Notes: generated by a model from the letters alone, not told the origin. A stretch of 64,000 nucleotides of DNA from Ophelia neglecta (GCA_965285935.1 OZ260662.1:88784001-88848000), one strand, 5' to 3'; counted from the stretch's first letter, positions 23,111-38,600 are shown. Translations and numbers: made by a program.

Positions 23111-24359
23111 ACATACCGTAAACCACGCTCATGTCCTCCTTTCTTTCCTCTTAAGTGAAACAACTGAACATTGAATAAAGGGTTCATATGGCGTTATATG
23201 TATCAATGAGAAACAGCAAATTCTTTTTTTTTTGCGAGTATAAAGGCTGAACGTTATTCATTTTGATATACTTCCATTCCTGTAAAGGCAGTTTCCTTGG
23301 AATAAAATATTTTAATGATTATTAACAAAGATCAAGGGAAAATTGTTCAAATACCGAATCCAATACCGAACTCTTTTCCTACAACTGCACATGGGAGAAT
23401 ATCAATGAAATTTCACATGTTTGGAGGCACCTTAAAGGATACGTGTCAAACTAAATGTGTTTCACTGAGAGAACATAACATGCATGTGATAGCAGTTTTA
23501 ACTTTATTTGGAAGTGATCAGTGTCCTAATAAAACCTACCATACAGGGGTTTATGATTGGCATATACTAACACTGGCACCATAAAGCCATAGTAGTATCA
23601 GCAATTTGGCGACCCTCCTGCGTTTAATATGAGGAAATGATAGCGTTAAATCTATAGGAATGTTTTAGCCCTAAGGAAGGGTTACATGAAACCAGGCAAC
23701 AGGTTGCATCTGAAAAGACAGAAGGTGAACATGCGCCCAGGCGGACAAATACGATTATGGAATTGCCCATTGGTGTTTGCCATTGTTTCCCAGGCCACTA
23801 ATCAAATTTTATTCGCATCCGCTGTTAGACATATAAGTCAGGCATAATGTTTTCCTTAGACTTGGTAATAATAATAATAATTTACCTATATCAAAGGCAA
23901 ATTTCCCAGCGTAAGTTTTAACTGAAAAACACATTTTTTTCTGAAGAAGTGTTATTGTATTACACTATCTGTAACAATATTTGTAAACATCAATACGATA
24001 ACACTGTTGTATAAGTGCATTACAGCAACAAATGGTTATTGTTTAGTGCAGACGACAATGTGAAATGTCAAGCTCCCCTAATATTCAGGGAACTGGTTTG
24101 GCCTTAGGCAAGATTATATTTGGCAGTCAGACACCAATACTTAGCACATGTCAGTCCTTGACAGGCCAACTTCTGACCTACATATTGCCTGAACTGCTCT
24201 CTTTAGCCAAGCAATGACAGCAGTCGCACATCGTTTGACTGAAGCGTACCTTAATGGGTGGAGAATATTTATTATCTGTCGAAGTGGATGCGAAAAGCAA
24301 AGTTAAGCCAGGGTACATGCCGACATTTACGCAGACAAACCAACGGCTTCATTTGATAT

Positions 24360-24500
24360 TTAAGTAAAAACAGGAGTAGATACCCGGCAGACAGAGCCAA
24401 ATCATTAATCTAGAACAGTCCATAAGTTGGTCCTGAATGGTTAGGAACCAGCAGCCATAATAACTACACGTATCATTGCTCCAGATACAGAGCAGAGGAA
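24360..24500 (-). repeat. Interspersed repeat family A, 3' block
   Basis: Reverse complement ggctgctggttcct...ggaccaacttatggactgttctagattaatgatttggctctgtctgccgggtatctactcctgtttttac. Confidence 0.8.
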
Positions 24501-25619
24501 TAAGCGCCCACGAAGTGAAAATTATCTGATCTTACTGCCAATTGACATTAATAAACTTTAAATACAACATTATAGTGTGTATTAAAAAGCAATTAACAGA
24601 AGCAAATGAAGGTATATTAATGTTACAATAACGAGGAAGGCACTTGAAAGAGTTAATGCACACAGAACCAATAGCGAAACATTTCATTACCAAATGCAAA
24701 CCACAGAGCTTGATATGATATGTGCAGAATAATTTACAAATGCCATGTAATGAAGGAATTAAGGGAGCTGTCCAGTTTAATTTTTTGAGCAAATTGCAGA
24801 AACGCATACGAAATTGTCCTTATTGTATCCAATTAAATCAACACTTTGAGCTCGTGTAGTTAGAGGGGGGATGTATGACAAACAAGTAATTAAAGGTATA
24901 AAATCACAAACAGGTTATTACACGAAGGACTGCTTTCTTGCCTGCGTGGTATTCCTCTACCTTGCCTTTAATGTGACCCAGGAGGCAATAAAGGTGTCGG
25001 CTGACGTGTGTGATCCCCTAAGGCCTTGACTACCAGACCGATTGCTGTCCCCTGGAGACGACAAATGTTGTAGTCTCACTATTCTTCCCACTCTTCAATT
25101 AAACGCCGTACCAGGTAAAACGAACTACGTTATAGTGCCCAGGGAAAAAGTCTTTAACACTGGTATTGCCTGCTAATTGGGATTAAGAGTAAACCAGTAG
25201 CAAACACAACCATATTGTATGAGCTAGTGCTCAACCGCTTTTCTCATTTGATTACGAAAAAAGACAGTGTGATAGCACGTTCAGGTCTTTTTTTGCCATC
25301 CACACTAGTAGACATCTAGTAAAAAAAACATAACTTTGATTTATTTTATTGAGAGACTTAGCTGACTTAGCCTATCATACCAGTTTTTCTGCCTATGGTT
25401 TAGTCACAGTGGTTTACGGGTAGGATAGTTAGCTTTACCATTTTTTTCTAAATTGATTAGTTAACTCTTTGGAAGGACTTATTATGAAGCATATAATTAT
25501 GGAGGGGGCTAGCATGGTGGAGATGGGTTTGGTGGATTGTATATTGGCATTTTTACTTATTCTTATTTTGGATTTAAAGGTTGTTTATTATATTCTCTTT
25601 CCTAGATGCATGAAGGAAC

Positions 25620-25745
25620 ATGTGGATAAATATGTGTGGGTCGCCGGCCAAAAGTTCCTGACGAAATTCGACCAAACAGTTTGAATAATACTAATAAGTG
25701 ATTTTACATCGTCTGCCGATCAGCCACTTCCAGTTTTCCCCCATT
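25620..25745 (+). repeat. Interspersed repeat family A, diverged 3' block
   Basis: gttcctgacgaaattcgacc...tgattttacatcgtctgccg...ccacttccagttttc. Confidence 0.5.
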
Positions 25746-28700
25746 AAATATGAAAGAGTTTTCATAGAATTTTTTCCTCTATTCAACCTATCTGCAGAGA
25801 TATACAACAGACTTTTCTCTAGGTTTTCAAGCAGAAAATGTAAAACATGTAGAAAGTCCAGAATAAGTGACGAGACCATCTTGAATATTGTAAATGCTCA
25901 TAATCGGTCGGATATTTTGATACCTTGTCCATTTGGGGTCCAGATACGGATGTCCCATTCTTATATACATGTATGTAGGTAACACCAATTGGAAAAAAAT
26001 AAGAAATGTACTTACTTAATGCATTCAAGAACATTGGCAACATTTAAACATGAATTTCCTGCCACAAAGTGTACCATACAGGCTACCGTAAAATGAACTA
26101 CTTTTAGTATAAGGCTATTATCGGAATTAATGGTGTACTTCAATTTTGATTACCAGGACTGGAATGTTATACACTTCCTTGACTTCAAGTCAAAGTCTGT
26201 TTCCATGACGTGTTATGACTCGAACTTAGATAGGTGTCACTGATGCAACCAAGAGCAAGATAGTAACAGGAAAAGTACTCTTGTTATATCACAACCTTTG
26301 TTTGTAGTTCGATATTCTTCAAATAGACATCCGTTGTTCACACCAAAGAGGCTATTCGGTTATTAGCGGCCAACGTCGATGTATACGATAAGAGCTGGTT
26401 ATTTAATAAACCATTAATTTTATAAATAATGTAATATTTCTCACAATTTCCACTTTTGTAGGCCTACTTAGTTTTCTTCATTGTATGGGCCCAGCAAAAG
26501 CAAGGCAAATAGGATGAGTTGTTATACACGTTTGACAATAAGTCGGCCCATTGCATTGTACGTAAGGGAAAGACGGTTGTTCGTTTTGGGGAAGACATAT
26601 TTGAGCATTGTTTTTGGCCCAAACATTGCACGTGGGACATGCTAATTGTTGTATTCTATATTTTCGACGAACAATTTTGTTTTGAGAGGTAGAGAAGGAT
26701 AAACATGTAATTTTTATTACAAAGTTTTCTCCTATAATTTGATATAAAACACAGCTTACGCAGTAAAGGGACATATTGTTTTTCATTGAACCGCGGTGTC
26801 ATATATCACTTGTTTGAAGTCACGCGACAAAATGTAAATTCTAGCAGTGTTTTAATCCGTGTATTTTGTGCATCTAGGATATGCCATTTTCTGGTCAGGG
26901 ATTGTTTTTCAGCAGCCTTCAGAAAAGACAATATGGTGCCAGTGTTCCTAGTATATGCGTTGTATAACAACGCGTATATAAATATGAATGAATAAATACA
27001 CAGTCTAACTTCTTACATAAGACACCTACAAATAAATGACTAGATGCTACAGCACAGTACGGTCTGTAAATTCATTGGTTTCTATTGCAGATTTGACCTT
27101 CGCATTAGTCTTCAAGGTCAAATCAATTAAATCTAGATTTCAGTTTTACTTAAAGGAGATAGAACCTAAATTTGGACCTACTGGAAAGCATATCCTACGC
27201 ATTTTATCGTGTATTCACCTTGGACCTTGGTGGCCATTCTCAAGGTTAAATCATTAATCATGATATCTAATTAGTGTAACTTTTACTGCTAAACTGTGAG
27301 GCTCTACCTTACCATTGGTAGTTATATTTTCATGTCAAATGCACTTCTTGTCTAGATTTCCTAAACTTCAGGCTCTCCGTTTCCTTTCATTTTCATTATC
27401 ATTGTCTATTCAATGATTGTTTTGTCGCAGCATATTTTTTTCAAAGTGTTCGAACCAGAAATATAATTCAATTATGATTTGACATGCAGCATACTTAACC
27501 GGTAATAATTTTCGCGTGGGATTAAATTTGAATAAGCAAAAAATAGGACTCCGCATGTTATCAACTTTCGAGGCCGGAGATAAAAAAGCCATATATATAT
27601 TTGTGTATATATACGATATTCGGATTGTTACGAGCTTTGATTTTCTGACAGAGTGGTTTGAAGCGAATTATTACTTGTTGTATAGAGACTATGACTCTTT
27701 ATCTAACAATCCTTCTTACATTATATGTGTCTCTTAGTCCTCTTTGTCCGAACTGTTCACGCGCAATCCTTCCGTAAACCATGATTTCTCTGATATAATA
27801 GCATGACGAAAATAGTGTTTTTGGTTTATCTATAGTTTACCATCAGTTCACGACATGCAGTAAACTCGACTTTCCCTAGCTTTGAAACAAGCCAAAACTG
27901 GGAAAGGTCAGAAAATGTGAAATGAACCACACGATGTTTACAATGTATAGACATTGTTAATTTTTGCTGGATTTCAATCCCCGTGTAGCAGTGTAATCAG
28001 TATATACCCTTTCTCACCCTATCCTTTCTTATCTGAAGCAAGCTAGTATACGAACAATGTAGGGTTGTTACTTAGGCTAGCATTACAATGGCTTACTCAT
28101 CATTGCTCCTCCAAGTATATCCATAGCGAGTTCTCGTATTCTTGAAAATTGCTTCATAAAAGGAACTTGTTTTTATTAATGAAATCTATAAATAACACAC
28201 TTTGGCAGGACTAGTCCTCCAAGGAAGCCCCTTGTACAATGCGATGTTTCATTTCCACTGTCAAGACCTCAAGAAAGAGTACGACTATTGTGTGTTTGCA
28301 TTATAAATTCTCCAGCAGGCCATCAATCCAGCACATCTAAGCTCGGCTAAAAACATTAGTGGGTAGCAGGCAGACAAATCAAACATTCATCAACACTATA
28401 TTATTATAGGTGTTGATAAAAACCAAGGGCTCGGTAATGTCGGCATTTTCGTTGCCCATGGGCTGTAGTGTCGTTGCATAATTGAGTACATAATTCCGTT
28501 AGCAACATTAGCATATTCGTACTGATAATTTCATGGCAAGAATGGGCCAATAAAAATGATTGTTTAGTTTCTATGGCTTACATGCTACGTAAGTGTCTCC
28601 AGGATTCAGCAACGACCGGTCAATGCTATAAAGAACAAGATGTCTCGTTTATATACTGGACTGATTGATATATTCAAGAAAAAGGTATAATTCGCTCTCA

Positions 28701-31700
28701 GTTATATTAATTTGTCCTAACCTTCACTCCACTTCCAATGATGATAACGTCTACTATTAGACCATTGCTTATGATTATATTCACAACACCAAAGGTCAGC
28801 TAATTGGACATCAGCCTAAAACACATAATTATAACGCAGTGTTGGCATCACATTTGGCTGTCCCATTGGTTAATATTCTAGACCATTGAAGAAAATCAGC
28901 TGCTCTTACATTGTCTTGAATGATACATATAAAATAGGCTGCAATTGTTGTTATGCAGACAATACATACTACGTAAGAATTGCAATCTGTTGAAACGCAT
29001 TGAATGATGGCCTAGGCTTCTCATATTTGATGACCTAGCTGGCAGCAGGAAGGAAAAGCTGGAATTGCACGAGACAACCGAATTGTTCCTCGGGAAATAC
29101 AGTGTCCAATTGCAATGATTTTGCAAAAACGCTAAATCAATCTTTGTAGGCAGAGCTTTTCACAAGACATCTCTATGACGTATCTTGAGCTGAATGTAAG
29201 CCTATTCGTTCTTACTTTGAAAAACGATTACCTTATTTGTTTCTCAACCTTTAGAAAAGAAGAATCGTTTGTGTAATCAGGGCATTTACATTCCATTCCA
29301 ACATACTAAGAATATGGAAGGTTGTTCGTTATGTTTTACTGACAGCATACAATGATGTTTTTCTTAAGAACAATAAAATGGAGATATTCTAGTCCATTAA
29401 ACTACCAAACCATCACGAATTAGATTTTGATTATAAATTCTAGTATAAGCCACCCCCATTATTCGTATGCTACGGTTAACGATACAGCGTTCTTTTTACA
29501 GACTGAGTTTGCGAGTTGTATACATTAAATCAGTTATCTATCTGTGTTTAGAATATGGAGAAAATGTGATTTGACTGCTTTGATAGCTTCTAATACACAA
29601 GTGAAAATAAATTCGATTGCTCGCGATGCTCTAACTAAACTGCCAAGTATTAGATGATACCCAGTAACATTAACCAATAAGTGACAACTATGCCTGACAA
29701 ACATATTTTATTAATCAAATACGAAAACAAACAATGAACCATGTTTATTTCCATAGCGATGGAAAATATTGCTCACATTGGACCCTTTCAGTCTTCTAGA
29801 TGTTTATCACAGACTGATGCAAGCCACGCATTAAATAGTCCTATTAGATACAAATTGTGCACCTGGCCCCAGCAGAAGCCAGATTTGTTGCACAAAATTC
29901 AACTTGACAGTGATATATGAGCAATTCGGCTGATTTTCCCAAAGGGACCATTTACACCCAAAGAATCAAGGTGTCTGTGGTTATTTTGCTCCAGGTGGCA
30001 TACTGGAGAGCAAACACACATGCACATTAGGTTTTTGTCTGGGCAATGACTTAACGCATGCTTGTACCAAAACCAACGACTATGGCTATATAGACGGGGG
30101 ACTATACAGACAGTTAACTTTATCCCTTCATGATATTGCTCACCTCGAGCACTTGCGCTTTTTTATGTCACAGGGCACCCGGGGCTGAGAAACGCTTTCA
30201 ACAATGTAAGTTATTCTCGTTGGATCTTAACAGTTAAAAACCTTGCAACTAAATAAAACATACCAAAAAAACTGATATCAGTTGCAATAAGTGGTAGTTC
30301 GTTTTCCAAAATATGAGTAAAAACGCGAAACAGAGGTCTATGTAGAACACAGATAAAAATATGTCCCAAGAGAGGCTATTTCCCCTTTGTTACCACTGCA
30401 TGGATTAAAAGGTATTTATATTCAAAACTACCATTTACCAAAGTATTGTTTTAAATGAAACGACACACTCTACGTTGGTAGTTAAACAATATGTGCGGTC
30501 TCACCTTTGCTATGGCATCAGGTGTTGCAAGGCTTTTCCTTCCAGGGTTAGTTTATTTTAAAACCCGAGTACCTTGGCGACAAAATCAATACTGACTCTT
30601 TTTCACACAGTGTTCGGATTCAAGGAGGCAACAGGATAATTTAAAAATGTAGCGTGAGTCCATAAAAGGAACAGAGAGAAGAGCAGGTGACTGATAACAC
30701 TGTCCTAAAGTGTGGGGTGTTTGGTCGCAGGTAGTGGGTCGACACTTGAGACTGCAATTTCCCCTAATAATGTTTAATACAGGAGCCGATATTGGCAAGA
30801 ACGTTGGGATTTGCAACAAGTTTATAAGGGCAATGCGATGTGATCTGAGATTTGCGCGGCCGCCTATGGCCATGTTTCATCGATAAATGAATAACTCTTT
30901 TATTGCAAATTTGAGTTTGTTCTGAAAGCTTCAGGCAATTCAAATTTGAGTCGTGTTTCTGAATTAGTCAAAGAAATGGCCTAGATATTCCGACACGTTA
31001 AAAACATTTTGAAAGCCGATCTTGAATGTCTAAAATGATTCCTATTGTAGCACTTTTTCGTTGATACAGTGCCAACATGAAGATTAAAAAAGGAAATTGC
31101 ACCACGACATCCAGAGACATAGCCGATTTCATTGGTAAAGTGTGCTAGTCTCCCCAACCTTCCACCTTCAACATATTGGAGGATTGAATCCCAAGATGAA
31201 AGATTTGTCCATGGGGCAATGGCTACAACGCAATTAGTGCGATAGCCTTGTCCGTTTAACGCAGGGTTTGATGGTAATGGGTGTACATTGGTCATGTTTG
31301 AGCTTGGAGACAGAGGAGGACAGTCATGCCCACGCATAAAACGGACAGTCACACTGTATAAGACGGCGGTAGATTCACATATTGGTGACAAAGTTAATCA
31401 TGCATTTTAAGTCAGGTTTATTTTGATATGACCCGCTATGCCACGCCCCGCTGTCCAACAGGTGAAGAACCGAATATTAATAAATTAACTGGTTAATTAA
31501 TTGTTGTCTTGGCATCCGTGTACACAGCTAAAAATACGAAGTGACATATATTTTTGGGCACGTTTTCAGCTTCAAATATATTAAATTTAGCTGCTGCCAC
31601 AAGGGACTATATCGCATTTCCAGAGAATTTGTCTATTGGTATGCATGGTAAAGGATTCCAAGGCAGGAGTCACCTTAAGGACCGGACTTGTTTTGGTGTT

Positions 31701-33840
31701 TACGTACATTAAGAGGCCAAGCATGGCCACTTTCTTGCAGACAAAATGTGCAAGCACTCCCAATAGAGTACGTGACCTTTAAATAACGGGCTTTCGAGAG
31801 GCATCGTCGTTAGAACCATAGACGACACTTTTATCTTCACTTTTATGGGCGATTTACTTTTTTTTTTACAGAATAAATATATGTACTACAAAGCGCAAGG
31901 CACGATGTAATATAATATTATCCGAAGAATCGATGTTATAGAAAATCGTCTCCAAATGGCAGGAGACTTTATGCAATGTGACCAAATAAATTGCAAAAGA
32001 AACAGGAAGAAATCATTATAATAAAAACCTCATGGTTAAGAATGCATATACAATAGCCAATTTTCTTTTGTTTAAGACGGATAAGCTGACAGACTTCACC
32101 ACCTGCTGCCCCATTATATAATTATTAACGGTCTTCCGTCTTCGAGTTTAGGGATATTTTTGTTTTGGAGGATTCGACAGTAGACTCACCCTAAAGGGGC
32201 CTGTGTAAATTACTCTTGTGGGGAGATAATTTAACGCAGTAATGTTGTCGTATATAACAGTTAACGGTTTGACCTAATCCGCTATAGGCCTAAAATAAAC
32301 AACTCCTCAACATAATAGTTCAGCGCGCGACAGGTTCAAAAAAGAGAGCCACATCATAACGCATGCGCTAAAGTAAGTCAAGGTATTCTTCCCAAGTGAT
32401 AATAATATAGATTAGCAATCTCTACACATGAGAAAATAAACAATTCGCTCATATTAGATAATTAGAATATAGAACTATTTCAGGTTATATAAGTAAACAT
32501 TCATATTCTTAAAATGTCTTCCGGCATAGTTACCCAGTTAGGAATGTTGTGACATTTTTGTCTGCCCAAAATTATGTTTTCTACCCTCGCGACTTTAAAA
32601 AGATTAGCACATCAGCGAAAATCCAACCATATGCTGTTCATGTACGTTTTCAGACACAGCGTCGATGGTTCCATTTTCCCATTTCTTTCATTATTAAGGA
32701 TATCTAACCCATCTTTTTGTGGTATTGTGTTTCTTAAGAGGAACTTATTATGTGCATCATAAACTCTACTAGCCTAAGGGCACTTTTCATCATCGTCTTG
32801 TTTTGCCCACAGGTTTGTTGCTGGGCATCCAAGCCCGTTTTAAAAGTATAATTAAGAGTAAATATATCTGATATTACATAAATAGATACTACAAAAAAGT
32901 TCTGTTCGAAAATAGTGGCACGTTTGAATTCAAACAGTTGCTACGTTTTATACAAACCTGATAGGCATATTGAAATCTCATCAGGCGACAACATGTGGAA
33001 TTATAACTCTGCAGCGGCGGCTATTAATTTGAAAAATGGTAAACATAAATGGACACGTTATGACGGTGAGGTTAATGTAAAAAACGTCCAGCTCATGGGA
33101 TGCCAATCTGGGAATATCCTTAAGCTTAAATTTTGATCCTTCCATGTTCCTCATTTAGTACTGCTTGCTCCTGAGAATCAACTTAGTGGTGTGCCTCAAA
33201 TATGATATCAATTGTCGTAGCTTATTGCCTAGATTGTATGATCGTGCTCATTTGATCACATGCGTGTTTGCCTAGTTTCTATCAACTATGATTATAGAAG
33301 CGATCCATCCCCTTAACAGTGATAAACAATTCACGAAGCGTGTTTATCAATGTGTTCATTGTAATCATTATTATACTCTCGATGATTTTAATGTGCGGCA
33401 GAGTGATAATATACATTCTACAATAAAAATATTTACGAGAGGAAACTTATTTGATTATCTGATGACTGCAGCTGTGCGTCACTCAATTATCGTACCCTAC
33501 ATCTCTTCACAATAAGCTGTGATTCATGCAAGTGCGTATTCAGATCATCATCGATCTTTAGCCCTTCTTTATGAATATACATTTATTTTTCTGTAATTCG
33601 TTGTCCAGTAATATTTCAAATATCCAGTGATTCTTTGAAATCAGCCAGCTGACCAATTGACATTATTCAAATATAAAAAGCGGTATTGGCTTGAACAAAA
33701 TTCGGAATCAGCGATATCTAGGTTAAGACAGAATATATTAAATGTGCCTGCATAAACTACAACGGGTTTATTTCCATATCAAATATGCAAATGAATGTGC
33801 ATTCGGAATTTTTAATATCCCGAGTGGTATGGTGTGGAGG

Positions 33841-33883
33841 CACGGGGTGGGGGGTGGGGGGGGGGGGTGTTAATGGGTTGGGG
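33841..33883 (+). repeat. G-rich tract (G-quadruplex-capable)
   Basis: Several runs of 4 or more G separated by single T. Confidence 0.75.
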
Positions 33884-34943
33884 TAGAGCGTAGTGGATAA
33901 AATTCAGTTCTCCGATTAGTGGGTTTGCACACTATATTTCCTCAAATGTGCCTAATTGTGAATACAAACAGGTTATCTCAATTGTCAGTTCGGTCCACCT
34001 AATGATAAAACCAATCACAAGTATTATGCATCTTTGTTTAAGACACTTGTGCTTGTATTTACTGCAAGTGCACTATGGGACAACGATTCCAGCTAACCGG
34101 CAAGATTTCCATTAATACGGATAATGAATATACATCATTGGCGAAGGAAAGAACCTGATTGATGAGAAGAATAGGCAACGAAGGATACACCATCCACCTG
34201 TATTACCATTTAGATGAGGTACTTAGAGCACATGAGGAATTATTTGCATTTGATCTATATCCCAACGATTGCATGCACTTAAATATATTCTTGACTTAAA
34301 TAGAAATGCATAAGCAAAATGGCGATGGAAGGCCAGTGATTAGTACGCATCTGTATAAGACATGGACTCGCTAAAATGCATCATGACATGCTTTAAATCC
34401 CTTTTCCTACACAAGAACACCGATGCCTCTGTGACAAGCCATTATATTCTGGATGACCCAAGCAAACCAAACTGGGCGGTCTTCCTGAGGCGGTTTTATA
34501 GTAAGTGGGCCTCTTGTAAGCGAATATACTACTACATGAACTAACAAAAGGATCACATCATACAAACTAAAAACAACTGCAGAACCGTACACAGTGCAAA
34601 AACCTCGTGAAACACCGGTTCCTATCACAATGTCCATGTCATTTGAAATGTTATTTTTATTATAGAAAATGTTTGAAAACTTACTGCCGCGAAATAATAA
34701 TTAGGCGAGAAACTATAAAATCTTATACCGATTAAAAAGAAAAGTTTTCAGTTCATTTCTACGTCATCTGCCAATAAACGAGATTACGATTCTGTTTATT
34801 TCGTTTGAAGTAGGCATTCCAGTTCTGTAGTTTATGTCATGATAAAAGATGAATAAACTCGCTACTAGAACAGCTCTTGCGTGAAATATCATAAGTTAAA
34901 TTCATGTCCTGCGCGACTATAGATTTGCCTTGCTATATCAAAG

Positions 34944-35010
34944 CACAGTGAAACTTGCCTTAAAGACCGCCTCCATAATCAGACCACCTGTCAATTCAGA
35001 CAACTAATGT
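34944..35010 (+). mobile_element. Remnant terminus of a Tc1/mariner(pogo/Tigger)-type MITE
   Basis: cagtgaaacttgccttaaagaccgcct...gaccacctgtc resembles CAGTGAAACCT...GACCACCT termini. The partner TIR was not found. Confidence 0.4.
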
Positions 35011-35339
35011 GAGGCCTATGATGTATACTTTCAATGTTAAATAACGTGTCTAAACAGACATTAGATTTTTTCATATTTATGTTATTTGAACAAGGAAGAC
35101 AGCTAATTAAGACAAATACTGGAGAAAATTTCAATGATATTACAAGTTAGTTGGAACACTAAGGAACTAAAATATGTGTAGACATATATAATATAATTGT
35201 GGATATCGGTAGTCAAACGACGGGCCACATTTAAACTACCGTAATAAACAATATCCATAGATTGAATAATTGAGACGAATTTGATAGCAATGTTGCTGAA
35301 TGTAAAAGACGTATTTTATCATCCATGGTCAAACAATGG

Positions 35340-35600
35340 TACCAGGTTTACCACTGCATTCTTACTTTCGTATTTTGGTCCGCCTCATGGACAACTGGTG
35401 ACCACTTCTCATTGCCATACATATTTTATTATTTGGAAAACAAGTTTATTTACTGTTATTTGGGAGCTGGAGATTGATGTATTGACGGGTCTGACCATGT
35501 GGCTGCTGGTTCCTGGTGTTCGGGCCCATTAGTATATCGTGCTAGATTAATGACATGGCTGTGTCTGCAGGGTTTCCACTCCCGTTTTGTTTAGACAATG
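35340..35600 (+). repeat. Interspersed repeat family A copy
   Basis: catggacaactggtgac...gagctggagattgatg...ggctgctggttcctggtg...gattaatgacatggctgtgtctgcagggtttccactcccgttttg. Confidence 0.8.
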
Positions 35601-38600
35601 TAGACTAAGTGTATATAATCCCAAACGAAATGTGTGCTAGAAAGCTCTAGCCCAAGTGACCCCCATTGAATAAAACAAAATAATTACTGGTTGCGGGTAT
35701 AAGCAGAATATCGTTGTAGTGTATAAAGTGGTATTTCATTGCCAATGGGCAGGCTAATATCTTAAGCTATAAATAGCGTGAATTTTCTGTGGACACCCCA
35801 TAAATTTTAAATTCAAATGCAGATCAACAACTTCGAATGTTTATGTCTGATTTATTTTATTTGGAAAGACGGCTCCCATGCCATTTTTCCTTTCTGGTAT
35901 ACAAGTATTCTGCTTGACAGACAAATTGGTTTTCAAGGATGTTAGAGGTCAATAGTAATGTCAGCTACTTGTCTCCTTTGTCATGCTAACACGACAGGAG
36001 GGTCAACCAGGGGGTCAACTAGGGCCACCCACTTATTAATATATCATTGCAAATGAGACACTGTCTTGCTACCTCCTTATTTGCATTAACATGCAACGCA
36101 CTCCAACCAAAAGTGAGGAGTCTTTCTGTGGTAATGCCTTCTTATCTTGTAAGCTAACAAGAATGTACATAGGATTATCGAGTTTTAGGCATTAAAAATT
36201 GTCAGACAGGGAGTTTAAGTCAATATTTTATCAAAAATCGTGTGACGCCCAATTTAAAGGTGCATCATATTCTTTATATCTTTAATTCCTGCACATGAAA
36301 ATCGTTTATTTATTATGTCATTTAAGATTAATTTTGTTTTCGATTTCATGCATAACCTTCTGTTATTCATCGTGTTTTTATTCATGTTTTTTCATCATTC
36401 TTTGTGCATTTATCATTATGATGTATTGATCACTGATATTCAAGTAGTGTTTACTGCTTGTTACTGTAAACATTGTATATGAGCATGGTCTACCATCACT
36501 TATCCTTTTAATGAAAGCCACTGTACCGATATCATAAATTACATAATGCGAAACTGGCATAGCATAAGAAGGGGGAATCTGAATTTAATTTATCGATATA
36601 AACTAAACATCTCTCAATATGAATAATAGGCTCGAGTGAATTAACTAAGCCAAGCGTTTTATCTTATTCAAAAGCATCATTAAATTAGTAAAAAATTAAT
36701 GGCTTTATGAAGTCGAGCTAAACAGAAAATGCTCATGCACTGACATTTTGTGATATTGCAATGACCTTTACCCTAAAAATTATATTTTATTAGTAGTGAG
36801 CAATGGAAATATATTTGGTTTGTGTGTAGCATCTAACATTATGATAACCTATTCGATAAAGGTTGCTTCATTAGTAGTGAATGGTTCACCTGAAAGTGTA
36901 ATAACGCTCACTAAAATGATGATTATATGCCATTTTAACATGTCAACATTTGTCAAATATACAATACTGGAGCAAAATTCTGGAATAAAATATATTTTTT
37001 CAAAGCACACTAAATTGTGCAAATATATAATTAACTATTTGCAGCAAACTGGTTTAAAATACAAGTGGCGTATGCAGTTGAAATGAGTTATCCCTAAATT
37101 TGTGATAAATATATATAGATTAGTGATAACATATTATAATTTGGATATTAATTATATAACCAGTAAAAAATGATACTACTATCAGAAATAAATTTTGACT
37201 GCAAACAATCGCTAGCAATTTGGTGTAATGATTTGATGTTGATCATTACAAGTAAAATAAAACTCCATTTTAGAAAGAAACGTTAATCATTGAGCAAAAT
37301 ATAGTTTTCTTGGGTTGGGCAAATTATTGAATTAGTTTGCCAGTTTCCCTTGTTTTATAAAATTACATCTTGATGTCGAATCTGATGCAAAGACACATGC
37401 CAAGGCGGGCGGTGGAGGGTCATGATATGATATTGCAAATTTAGATCTATAAGAGAATGGTGTATGGCACTTAAGGAAATGTATATGAAACAGGTGCTAT
37501 ACCAGCCTTCGATTATTTTGCGGCAAAATGGGCTCAGGAATATTTGAAGAAGTCGAAAAGTAAAAGAAGAAAGCTCAGAAAATGTTCTTGGTCTACCGCC
37601 CAAATCTCCCCTACATGCATTTCCTGGTGACTTAGGGCGACTTCCCCACCTTATTTGATACAATTATTTGTGTGTACATTTTATAACAGACTAGTATCTC
37701 TAATTGTTGACAGTCTTGTCAGGGACTGTCTTCACATAGACATTGGTCATTATTTGAATAGTTTATGTTTGAACTATTGAGACTTTTGTAATTTGTGTTC
37801 AACCTAACAATGCGATCAGAAATTATGTAGTGTTCAAAACTTCATATGAAGGAGATGCTTAAGTATCATGTATAGGCCAAAGTCTCACAAAAACATGTTT
37901 TTTTTCCTAAAGTGTTTAAGTAGGCAGGTATCGCAATATCAAACCTAATGACAGAATACGCGAACTCTGGAATTTGAATTTAGTTTCATTTTCCGTGTAT
38001 TAGTGCAGCCTATAATTTACTTCGTACTCAGTTATTCTAAAATATGATAGCAATTGAACGTAACATTTACAGTATTGATACAAAAGCCAAGTTTATTTAT
38101 GTGAACCAGACACACAATAAACTACTGGCTAAATGTGTTTGTACTTTCTTTATCACCGGGAATAACTTATAGCTGGGCCTGCACTAAATTTTTGTTTTTC
38201 TGATTGTACATGTATCTGGTTTGTGTTCCTCTGGCAGCTACAGCTCAACTAATATGTTGAGAATTTAAAATGACTTATAAGCCCTAGTAGGGCAATGTTG
38301 ATTGTTGTATTGCTTTTACAACATTTCGCAATTATGTTACTAAAATGTGTATTCATACATAAATACACACATACGTGAAGAATTTCCAACGATTTAATGT
38401 TACTATTATATAATACTTAGTGACCTTTGTCTTTGGCAACGACAGCTCCTGATAGGCCTGCGATCAATATTATATGCAGTTTCCGCTATACTTTATGTAT
38501 TTGTGAACTTAACGGACAATAAAACATGAAGACAGGACGCAATCAGTATAAAACAACTCACCTATTGTAATCAATCTCACTTAAATCTGCCGAATTGCTC

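Noticed and set aside
30981-31391. 136-aa minus ORF
   Set aside because: No recognisable domain or clear splice context.
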